A DNA stretch of 32,000 bases from Candidatus Heimdallarchaeota archaeon (GCA_030668875.1 DAOVER010000005.1:60001-92000), one strand, 5' to 3'; positions 16,868 to 24,307 are shown, numbered from the stretch's first letter. Program-made: numbers and translations. The notes: generated from the sequence alone by a model not told the origin.

Positions 16868-18247
16868 ATGGAATCGAAGAAATTGGACTTATTTGATTCA
16901 ATGTCTTCAAGAGTAAGTATCCCATTTAATCTTAAGGTAATTTATACTTCTTTGTTTGCTATTCTTTATCTCATATTTCTAAATATACCCATTTTCGGCG
17001 TGCCTAGTTCAGGAGGAACTGATCCTTTTTTTGCTTTCAGAGTCATTATGGCATCTCAGAGAGGAAGTTTGGCAGAGTTTGGTATTTTTCCGCTTGTATA
17101 CGCATCTTTCATTATGCATGTATTGGTGGGGTTAGGAATTTACAAAATGGATTTCACACAAGCAGAGAAGAGAAAGAAGTTTTCGATTATAGTTACTATT
17201 CTGGGGTTGTTTTTCTCTCTCACATCATCTTTATGTTATGTAATTTTTGGTGCTTATGGAGAGATAAGTGTTGATCAAGGTTTTATAATCATTCCTCAAT
17301 TATTGCTTGCTAGTACTCTTATAATAATAATTGACTATTTCATGAGAAAAGGGTACGGATTGAGCTCTGGTGTAAGCTTGTTTATAGTAGTCAGTGTTTC
17401 ACGAACTATCTTTGATGGTATGTTCAGTTTAAGTCAATTAAGAGTTGGAGGTTTTGATTGGTACAGAGGTTGTATTCTCGCATTCATTCAAGGTATCTTT
17501 AAAGAAGACCCAGATATACTGACACCACTCATCAGACCGGGTTTAACACCTGATTTTCTGGGATTCATTTTAGCAATTATAGTGTTTGGAATGACGATAT
17601 TCTTTGTATCCTTTACCATAAAGAGACCATTCTATCAGAGAGATCAAATTACAAAATCATCGATGACAGCTCAATCATTATACAACTATTCTAATTCCGT
17701 AGTAATAACCAGTTCATTTTTTGCAAATATTTCCTTCGTTTCAAATATGATGTTTAATACATGGAGCTCATTTTCAACGGGATTTAGAAGTTTGTTGGTT
17801 AGTTTCTTCGGTAGATGGGAGACGATAGAAGGCACGAATCAGCTAGCTCCAGTTTCGGGGCTAGCGGCTTTTACAACCCCTCCATATGGGGTTGAACAAA
17901 TTACACAACATCCGTGGAATACTTCGGTGTATTTTCTATTTATGATTGTATATAGTATCCTTATGTCTAGATTATTAGTAAAAACATCAGGAAAGGAAAA
18001 TGTAAGTATTCTAAAAGGAACAGACATATTTAATCAAGAAAAATATGAAGTCACTAATTTCCCTTTAGCATTATTAGCTGGTTTTTTCATGGGGTTTTTA
18101 GCAGGGTTTTTTAACATCATTTCTCCATTGGGAACAGGAGTAGGTATTCTAATAACAACGTGCATACTGAAACAACTCTTGGACATCATTTCCCATGAAA
18201 AATCCAAATGGAATGAATCAAGAAAAAATACGGAAATTAATAAATAA
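16868..18247 (+). CDS. Divergent SecY/Sec61-alpha paralog lacking cytoplasmic ribosome-binding loops
   Basis: Intact 459-aa ORF colinear with SecY ('GGTDPFF', 'ASQRGSLAE', 'KGYGLSSGVSLFI', 'GTGVGIL'). Loop 8/9 'IPGFRR' is missing, and loop 6/7 and both termini are barely alignable. Confidence 0.93.
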   Translation: MESKKLDLFDSMSSRVSIPFNLKVIYTSLFAILYLIFLNIPIFGVPSSGGTDPFFAFRVIMASQRGSLAEFGIFPLVYASFIMHVLVGLGIYKMDFTQAEKRKKFSIIVTILGLFFSLTSSLCYVIFGAYGEISVDQGFIIIPQLLLASTLIIIIDYFMRKGYGLSSGVSLFIVVSVSRTIFDGMFSLSQLRVGGFDWYRGCILAFIQGIFKEDPDILTPLIRPGLTPDFLGFILAIIVFGMTIFFVSFTIKRPFYQRDQITKSSMTAQSLYNYSNSVVITSSFFANISFVSNMMFNTWSSFSTGFRSLLVSFFGRWETIEGTNQLAPVSGLAAFTTPPYGVEQITQHPWNTSVYFLFMIVYSILMSRLLVKTSGKENVSILKGTDIFNQEKYEVTNFPLALLAGFFMGFLAGFFNIISPLGTGVGILITTCILKQLLDIISHEKSKWNESRKNTEINK

Positions 18248-18293
18248 AAAATCAAGAAACATTAAGAAAAATAAAAAAAGAAGAATTGGAAAC

Positions 18294-18845
18294 TTATTCG
18301 CTTGCCCACTTCCAGATTCCATCCATAAATGTTTCAGGATCTTTCTTTCTCTTACCCCTTAATCTACAGATTTCTTTCATGTTGGTAGTGGTTTGTCCTA
18401 CAGCTTCTTTATCGATACCTTCTATGATAACATCATCTTTGTCAACCTTAACAGTTGTATCATCTCCTACAATAGGAACAATCAAAGGTTTTCTTCCTCC
18501 ATAGAGGTTCTTGATTGTTATTAGACGTTTCTTGTTATCAGGTTCAACTGTAATTGGAAAATGGCTGAAGATTATTTTTGATCTATAGACATAACCTTCT
18601 GTTACACCTATCATCATGTTTTTGAGATGACCTACAACGGCAAGCATTTTTGCCTTTTTCTTTTTGTCAACGAAATAGGATTTGACATTGATTTTATCTT
18701 TTGACTTCTTTAGTTCTACCTTGAAACCCTCGAAGTTTTTGATAAGTTTACCTCTTTTACCTTCCATGGTAACTATAGTTCCGTCAATAGTTATCTTCAA
18801 ATCCTCAAGTAATTCAACATCTCGTTCAATATATACTTGTTTCAT
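18294..18845 (-). CDS. rpl6: Ribosomal protein uL6
   Basis: 'HLKNMMIGVTEGY', 'FSHFPITV', 'NLYGGR', 'GIDKEAVGQT', 'FMDGIW'. ATG at 18845 follows a GGTGA RBS (alternative starts 18851, 18854). Confidence 0.96.
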   Translation of the reverse strand: MKQVYIERDVELLEDLKITIDGTIVTMEGKRGKLIKNFEGFKVELKKSKDKINVKSYFVDKKKKAKMLAVVGHLKNMMIGVTEGYVYRSKIIFSHFPITVEPDNKKRLITIKNLYGGRKPLIVPIVGDDTTVKVDKDDVIIEGIDKEAVGQTTTNMKEICRLRGKRKKDPETFMDGIWKWASE

Positions 18846-18854
18846 TATCATCAC

Positions 18855-19244
18855 CTAATATATGTAAGCTAATAGCCTTCCACCTATTCCACGTTCTTTT
18901 GCATCCTCGTGGGTTATTACACCTTCAGATGTTGTCATTACAAGGATACCAAAACCTCTTGCAGGTAGGTACTTTCTTTCTTCATCTTCTAGTTTATCAT
19001 GTTTAACTGGAAATCGAGGTTTGATAACACCACATTTGTTAATCCTGCCCATCAATTGTATTTCGAACATTCCTCCACGATGATCTTCTATATATTCAAG
19101 TTCACCGAGATATCCTGCTCTTTGAACAGTTCTGAAAACGTTCGCAATTATTTTACTAGCGGGTTTAACAGTGACGGTTTTCTTACCTTTTTTTTCAGCG
19201 TTAAGTATTGCAACTAAAGCGTCTGCTAATGGATCCATTTGCAT
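18855..19244 (-). CDS. rps8: Ribosomal protein uS8
   Basis: 'DPLADAL..I.NAE', 'KPASK', 'GRINKCGVIKPRF', 'YLPARGFG', 'GGRLLAYIY'. Confidence 0.98.
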   Translation of the reverse strand: MQMDPLADALVAILNAEKKGKKTVTVKPASKIIANVFRTVQRAGYLGELEYIEDHRGGMFEIQLMGRINKCGVIKPRFPVKHDKLEDEERKYLPARGFGILVMTTSEGVITHEDAKERGIGGRLLAYIY

Positions 19245-19258
19245 TTTTCTTTACCTCC

Positions 19259-19426
19259 TTAGCCTCCTCGACTTCCTGTTTTCTTGAAGCCGATTTTGGA
19301 ATATATTTCTCTAATACAGCGTCTGCAAACATACAAACCACCACGTCTAATGATTGCCTGATGTGTTCCACAGCGTCTGCATTTTCTTGAGCCTTTTCCA
19401 TATTTAATTTCTCTTCGTTCTTGCAT
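19259..19426 (-). CDS. rps14: Ribosomal protein uS14 (55 aa, below the ORF-track cutoff)
   Basis: Manual translation MQERREIKYGKGSRKCRRCGTHQAIIRRGGLYVCRRCIREIYSKIGFKKTGSRGG with a CxxC...CxxC zinc site. GGTGA RBS upstream. Lies between uL5 and uS8. Confidence 0.95.
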   Translation of the reverse strand: MQERREIKYGKGSRKCRRCGTHQAIIRRGGLYVCRRCIREIYSKIGFKKTGSRGG

Positions 19427-19435
19427 ATCCGTCAC

Positions 19436-20002
19436 CTAAATTATTTGTACCTCAAACTCTGTTCTAACAAATTCCATAGTTTCAGATGGGGTTAGTAAGT
19501 GCTTCTTTGGTATTTTCTTTCGTTTGTGTTGCCTGTACTTTAACCTATAACCTGGTCTTTCTAACTTAACAACGACATTGAAACCGATTGTTCCTAGCAT
19601 TGGATCAAAAGGAGCATTTTCAATATCAACGTGCTCAGTTATACCAAAAGCAAAATTGCCTTGTTGGTCAAAGGAAGATTCCTTCACTTGATAATCATGA
19701 GCATAAAGAAGACGCTTCAACATTATCTTGGCTTCTTCTCCACGTAATGTTACTAAAGCTGCGATAGACTCTCCTTCTCTTATACCAAAACCTCTTTCAG
19801 ATCTTTTAGCTACACGTTCAACTGGTTCGCATTTGGTAATTTGACGAAGAATCTCTTTTGTTCTTTCAAATCTAGGACCTGATTCACCAACACAACTATT
19901 GATGATTAAAGCCTTCAATCGAGGTTTTCGCATTGGATTCTTTTTCCATTCATCAGCAAATTGCAAAGGAATTGGTTCTTGCTCGATTACTTCGTCACTC
20001 AT
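19436..20002 (-). CDS. rpl5: Ribosomal protein uL5
   Basis: 'NPMRKPRL', 'INSCVGESG', 'FGIREG', 'SFDQQGNFAFGITEH', 'LERPGYR'. Confidence 0.98.
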   Translation of the reverse strand: MSDEVIEQEPIPLQFADEWKKNPMRKPRLKALIINSCVGESGPRFERTKEILRQITKCEPVERVAKRSERGFGIREGESIAALVTLRGEEAKIMLKRLLYAHDYQVKESSFDQQGNFAFGITEHVDIENAPFDPMLGTIGFNVVVKLERPGYRLKYRQHKRKKIPKKHLLTPSETMEFVRTEFEVQII

Positions 20003-20757
20003 TTCTTATCACCTTCGTTACCAGCAATTGTTACACTTGGAGTATCATTGCCCACAATGAAAATATATCTGAACAGTGTAACGAAAATCTCACCATCAGG
20101 TGTCTTTATGGTCGCTGTTTTAGTTTTTTGTGTTCCATGAGAACTGATTTCTTCAATAGTTCCATGCTTACCCATCCACCTTCCACTAGTTACAATACCA
20201 TAATTACCTATTTTCAATTCGTATTTTTCTAAAATCTTTTGATCTGGTAAAGATATCTTAACTGTGTCATGTGTATGGTAAGGAACACTATCGCTTTCAG
20301 ATTTCTGTAAGATGATGTTTCTACCATCATGGAGATTTAGTTGTGTTAGACCTCCTTTGAGTGTAGTCTTATTCTTAATTTGGCAGAGTTTAACTTTTGT
20401 TTCATCTTCCTTAATTGGAATTGTCCTTAGACCTTTCTTCGGAGTATATACTAATCTATAATGTTCTTTTATTTTTGGGAAGGAAATAACATCCATGAAA
20501 CCTAGTGGGTATTTTCTGTTTGTTTTTATTTTTCCATCTATGAGAACATTTCTTTCAACCAATATACGTTTAACTTCACTCATGTTTCGAGCTACTCGGA
20601 ACATATCACGGAGCATAATGGCCATTGGAATACATTCATGTGCAGCATGAGGACCAGGAGAGGGTTTAACCGTATAAGTATTAGCTTTCTTTTCAATAGG
20701 TATATGTTTTGAAACAACGAATCTCTTCAGATGTCGTTTTCCACCGCCTTTTGTCAT
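19999..20757 (-). CDS. rps4e: Ribosomal protein eS4
   Basis: 'KRHLKR', 'KPSPGPH', 'YPLGFMDVI', 'KLCQIKNKT', 'QLNLHDGRN'. ATGA overlaps with both neighbours. Confidence 0.97.
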   Translation of the reverse strand: MTKGGGKRHLKRFVVSKHIPIEKKANTYTVKPSPGPHAAHECIPMAIMLRDMFRVARNMSEVKRILVERNVLIDGKIKTNRKYPLGFMDVISFPKIKEHYRLVYTPKKGLRTIPIKEDETKVKLCQIKNKTTLKGGLTQLNLHDGRNIILQKSESDSVPYHTHDTVKISLPDQKILEKYELKIGNYGIVTSGRWMGKHGTIEEISSHGTQKTKTATIKTPDGEIFVTLFRYIFIVGNDTPSVTIAGNEGDKK

Positions 20758-21530
20758 ACTAATTCCTCCTTTTTATCTGTTTTCTCAGAAAGCAAATCTT
20801 CTGCGTTAGCACTCATAGTTTTTGCTGTACCAGGACCAATACCAGGTACTTTTGAAAGCTCTTCTGAGGTTGCTTTGGCAATCTTATCAACAGTATCAAA
20901 ACCATTTTCTTTGAGAAGCATTGCGGTTTTAGCACCTATGCCCTTAATCATAGATATGTCAAGGTCAGAAACTTTGGTCTCCTCCTTGGGAGCTGCTTCT
21001 ACAACATCTTTAGGAGCATCAGTTTCGTCAAGATCTTCGAATTCTTCAAAAATATCCTCTTCAAGATCTTCATCTTCTTCTTCGACATCAGATTCTTCTA
21101 AAGGCTCATCGAATTCATCAAATAGATCTTCAGTTAATTCTTCTTCAGTAAGTTCTTTTCTAGAACGTCTCTTAATGATCTCCCTTCTCTTTTTATCACG
21201 TAAATTCAGAGAAGTAATTATGATGTTGCTTGGATGAACAGGAAAACTAGAGACTGTACCATCAGCTTTTTCCTTACTATATCCTTCGATATGAACTGAA
21301 TATTTCTGAGGTAAAACACGGATTACTTTACCTTTAATCTCTTGGTCTTCAGATTTAGCTCTGAAAACCAGTACTTTGTCATCTTTATGTACAGGAAGAC
21401 GTCGAATACCATATTTATTTCTCAATTCACGTGAGAGAAGAGCAGTCATTTGACGATTGCGAAGATGTAAAGGAGCAGTATAATACCTCTTACGTTGTTT
21501 ACGAGGTTGTTTTGTTTTTGTATATCTCAT
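20754..21530 (-). CDS. rpl24: Ribosomal protein uL24 fused to an acidic linker and a tandem helix-hairpin-helix domain
   Basis: Core 'KQPRKQRK...APLHLR', 'VHPSNIIITSL' (aa 1-125), D/E-rich linker (aa ~126-186), then 'IKGIGAKTA...GF.TV..IAKA..EELSKVPGIGPGTA' (aa ~190-247). Confidence 0.95.
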   Translation of the reverse strand: MRYTKTKQPRKQRKRYYTAPLHLRNRQMTALLSRELRNKYGIRRLPVHKDDKVLVFRAKSEDQEIKGKVIRVLPQKYSVHIEGYSKEKADGTVSSFPVHPSNIIITSLNLRDKKRREIIKRRSRKELTEEELTEDLFDEFDEPLEESDVEEEDEDLEEDIFEEFEDLDETDAPKDVVEAAPKEETKVSDLDISMIKGIGAKTAMLLKENGFDTVDKIAKATSEELSKVPGIGPGTAKTMSANAEDLLSEKTDKKEELV

Positions 21531-21541
21531 TTATATTTCAC

Positions 21542-21958
21542 CTATACTATTATTGAAGCTTGATGTGCAATCTTTGGCCACTTTTCGGCTGCCTCTTTAG
21601 CAATTGGTCCTCGAATTTCGCTTCCGAGAGGATCTCCTACTTCGTTGGTAAGAACAACAGCATTCTCTTCAAATTGTATCCAATCACCAGATCGTCTACG
21701 GTATGGAGAACGTTGTCGAACAACTACTGCTGGAAAAATTTGTTTTCTCCTTTGTGGAGTGCCTTGTTTAACAGAAACGACAACCATGTCAGAAACAGAG
21801 GCTTTTGGTACTCTGTTTAGTCTTCCTCTATAATTCTTTACGGCAATTATTTGAACTATTCTAGCACCAGAATTATCTGCGCTACGAAGTCTTGTCCCTA
21901 CAATTAAGCCCTTTGTAATATGAACTTGTGTTCGTCCTACGGATTTTCTTTTTGCCAT
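21542..21958 (-). CDS. rpl14: Ribosomal protein uL14
   Basis: 'ADNSGAR', 'AVVVRQR.PYRR', 'FEENAVV', 'GPIAKEAA'. Confidence 0.98.
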   Translation of the reverse strand: MAKRKSVGRTQVHITKGLIVGTRLRSADNSGARIVQIIAVKNYRGRLNRVPKASVSDMVVVSVKQGTPQRRKQIFPAVVVRQRSPYRRRSGDWIQFEENAVVLTNEVGDPLGSEIRGPIAKEAAEKWPKIAHQASIIV

Positions 21959-21967
21959 GATACCACC

Positions 21968-22336
21968 CTAATTTAGTTTTTGAACCACAACAAAACTTAC
22001 TGTTTTTGCAAGTGGTCTGCATTCTGCTGCTAAAACCATATCGCCTTCTTTGACATTAAGGCAAGGGGGGTTGTGTGCAGAAATCTTTCCGTGAGCACGT
22101 TCATATCTACGAAACTTTTTCACATACTTCAAGAAATCTCTTCTAATTACCACGGTACGTCTCATTTTATCGGAAATAACTTTTCCAGTAAAAATACGAC
22201 CCCTTGTTGGAAGTTGACCATGAAACGGACATCTTGGGTCATCGCACTCAGTAGCGGGAGGTTCGACTCCTTGAATACCTACATTACGTACTTTACTCAT
22301 TTGTTCTTTCACCTCGGTAATGCGTCTTGCACCCAT
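21968..22336 (-). CDS. rps17: Ribosomal protein uS17
   Basis: 'RNVGIQGVEPP...CDDPRCPFHG', 'KM.RTVVI', 'AHNPPC', 'ECRPLAKTVSFVV'. Confidence 0.97.
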   Translation of the reverse strand: MGARRITEVKEQMSKVRNVGIQGVEPPATECDDPRCPFHGQLPTRGRIFTGKVISDKMRRTVVIRRDFLKYVKKFRRYERAHGKISAHNPPCLNVKEGDMVLAAECRPLAKTVSFVVVQKLN

Positions 22337-22445
22337 GTTTCCCCATCGTTTAGAAAGGATAGAGGAACAATCTTGGCTCCTTAATCAAGGAGTAAGACGT
22401 CAATCACCTATAACTGATTCACAGTTATTTTTGTGATATTAGCAA
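22337..22445 (-). promoter_or_regulatory. Structured 5' leader of the uS17-uL6 ribosomal protein unit
   Basis: Three consecutive hairpins at 22410-22428 (7 bp), 22377-22392 (6 bp, extendable) and 22339-22367. The last one pairs the GGGGAA just upstream of the ATG. Confidence 0.5.
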
Positions 22446-22464
22446 TCCTTTCCCCGTTATAATC

Positions 22465-22478
22465 TTTTTAATACTTTT
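22465..22478 (-). promoter_or_regulatory. BRE-TATA candidate for the uS17-uL6 unit
   Basis: AAAAGTATTAAAAA, identical to 16751-16764, about 130 nt upstream of the uS17 ATG. Confidence 0.6.
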
Positions 22479-22554
22479 CATTGTTAAGAGAAAAATATCG
22501 CAAGCGAGAAAAAGGGAAATTGTGGAAATGAAGTATCCTAAAGTATTGGTTAGG

Positions 22555-23310
22555 TTAACCAAAAAAGGTAACCATACCCGCTTGAATAAGGAGAAATGTA
22601 ACTAGATAAAGCAGTGCAAGGAAACAAATGTAACCGATAATAACAAGAGGATATCGAACCCAATATCTTATTTTTTTATAATCTTCAACTTTCCTATGGG
22701 TACTAAACAACTTTGGAAAAAACATTCCGGTATTTAGACGATATTCAACATAATCATCACCAAGTTTCTTTATTAGTTTCCATTCTTCATAGTCTGACCA
22801 AAAAAATAAGATAATACTAAAAACAGACCAAGAGAGTATGTCGCCAAACCTGATGCCAAGATCAGTTGACCAAGGAACAAAGAGCGAAAGAGACAAGGAA
22901 ATGAGAATTAGACCGAGATGTTGGGGGTGACGGATTAATCGATAAGGTCCTTTTTTAACAAGACTCTCTTTTTTAAGGATAGAATTTGCTAAAGAAACAA
23001 TACCATAAACAATGAGAACAAGACCAATTAGAAAAAGTAAGAATTCAAAAACGATTAACACGATGACCCCAGGAGTGTATTCAGTACCCTGTAAAACAAT
23101 CCATGACCAACCCCAGTTTTCGGTATTAAAGAAGAAAACGACTTTCCAAGAAAGTAGAGCAAATGGATAAAGAAAGAACATAGGAGCAAGTATAATGATG
23201 ATGGTACGAAAATAGGACCAAACTATTGTTAACATATACAAAAATCTAGTTATGATATCACTGACTTGCTTCTTAATTGGTTCTGCCATGATGTGATTCA
23301 ATGATATCAC
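22555..23310 (-). CDS. Isoprenylcysteine carboxylmethyltransferase (ICMT/Ste14/PEMT)-family membrane protein
   Basis: 'LVKKGPYRLIRHPQHLG' and 'EEWKLIKKLGDDYVEYR..TGMFFP'. Multiple TM segments. Start at 23310 or 23292. Confidence 0.82.
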   Translation of the reverse strand: MISLNHIMAEPIKKQVSDIITRFLYMLTIVWSYFRTIIIILAPMFFLYPFALLSWKVVFFFNTENWGWSWIVLQGTEYTPGVIVLIVFEFLLFLIGLVLIVYGIVSLANSILKKESLVKKGPYRLIRHPQHLGLILISLSLSLFVPWSTDLGIRFGDILSWSVFSIILFFWSDYEEWKLIKKLGDDYVEYRLNTGMFFPKLFSTHRKVEDYKKIRYWVRYPLVIIGYICFLALLYLVTFLLIQAGMVTFFG

Positions 23311-23422
23311 ATATTTATATTATTTTATAATAACTATAGTATCTATAAAGTGGCGTAAATAACACCTTGTATGATAGCTGCAATATACAGATGAGGAGAG
23401 TGCCTGAAAAGAGAAGCGTAAG

Positions 23423-23437
23423 AAAAAACTTTTAAAA
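23423..23437 (+). promoter_or_regulatory. BRE-TATA of the tRNA-Ile gene
   Basis: AAAAAA-C-TTTTAAAA ending about 30 nt upstream of tRNA G+1. Confidence 0.6.
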
Positions 23438-23466
23438 TAAAGATGCAACGGAACAAATGCTAATAA

Positions 23467-23575
23467 GGGCCATTAGCTCAGTTTGGTTAGAGCGTTCGGC
23501 TGATAGTTTAACCGCTAGAGAGCGTGTAATTTCGAAACCGAAAGGTCCGTGGTTCGAATCCGCGATGGCCCACCA
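23467..23575 (+). tRNA. tRNA-Ile(GAU) with a 31-nt intron at 37/38 (23506-23536) and encoded CCA
   Basis: Acceptor GGGCCAT/ATGGCCC, D stem GCTC/GAGC, anticodon stem TTCGG/CCGAA with loop CT-GAT-AA after intron removal, T arm CGTGG-TTCGAAT-CCGCG, discriminator A, then CCA. Confidence 0.95.
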
Positions 23576-23693
23576 TTCTTCTACTTTTAAGATTTATCAC
23601 CACGAGATAGGATATTCAAACTGCTAGCGCGCAGAAGATTTTTATTCCCAAGAGGCATATTATCTATGAATAGATTATTAGTGAGGGAAATTA

Positions 23694-24257
23694 ATGAAAA
23701 AACCACTTTCCTTTGAAGAATTTGAAAAAACCAAAAGTAAAGATATGGCCAACGAATACAATAGATATAGTTGGGTTATCAATAAAGAAGAGGAATATTC
23801 TATCAGAGAGATATCAACTCACACAATAACTATGAATCTTTATCATCAAGCTTCTTTGTGCTATATCGAAGGCCTATATCTATCATGTATTTTATCTATA
23901 GGGGCAACCATTGACCAATTTATTAGGCAATTAGTTGACCCGACATACAAACAAAGAAACTGGATAGAAAAAAGTAATCTAGATAATGCTGTAGAACAGA
24001 AATTTATTGCTCAAGAGCATGAAAAGGAAATTCATGAATTTAAATACTCTATAAGAGATCCTGTTGCACATCCTAAAGTTCCTGTATTTGGAATGCTAGG
24101 TTTACCTTATGACAAGAAAAAAGGTTACTGGGGAGGTGAACATGTTAAACCAGTTTTAACAGGACCTAAACCAAGTGCCGAAAGAGGACTTGAGCTATTT
24201 TGGAAAGTAGTAAATTATTATTTTTACATATACAAAAAAGGAGCACCATCACAATAG
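23694..24257 (+). CDS. Putative HEPN-domain protein (DUF4145-like)
   Basis: 'QASLCYIEGLYLSCILSIGATIDQFIR' helix, 'NLDNAVEQKFI', and an Rx4H motif 'IRDPVAH'. Confidence 0.55.
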   Translation: MKKPLSFEEFEKTKSKDMANEYNRYSWVINKEEEYSIREISTHTITMNLYHQASLCYIEGLYLSCILSIGATIDQFIRQLVDPTYKQRNWIEKSNLDNAVEQKFIAQEHEKEIHEFKYSIRDPVAHPKVPVFGMLGLPYDKKKGYWGGEHVKPVLTGPKPSAERGLELFWKVVNYYFYIYKKGAPSQ

Positions 24258-24307
24258 TATATGTAAAATATCTAGAACTAGGAAAATAATTTGATTGAGA
24301 GAATATA

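Noticed and set aside
16868-18247. secY paralog as a pseudogene
   Set aside because: The reading frame is uninterrupted for 459 codons, all TM segments are present, a TATA-like element precedes it, and divergence is topologically patterned rather than random.
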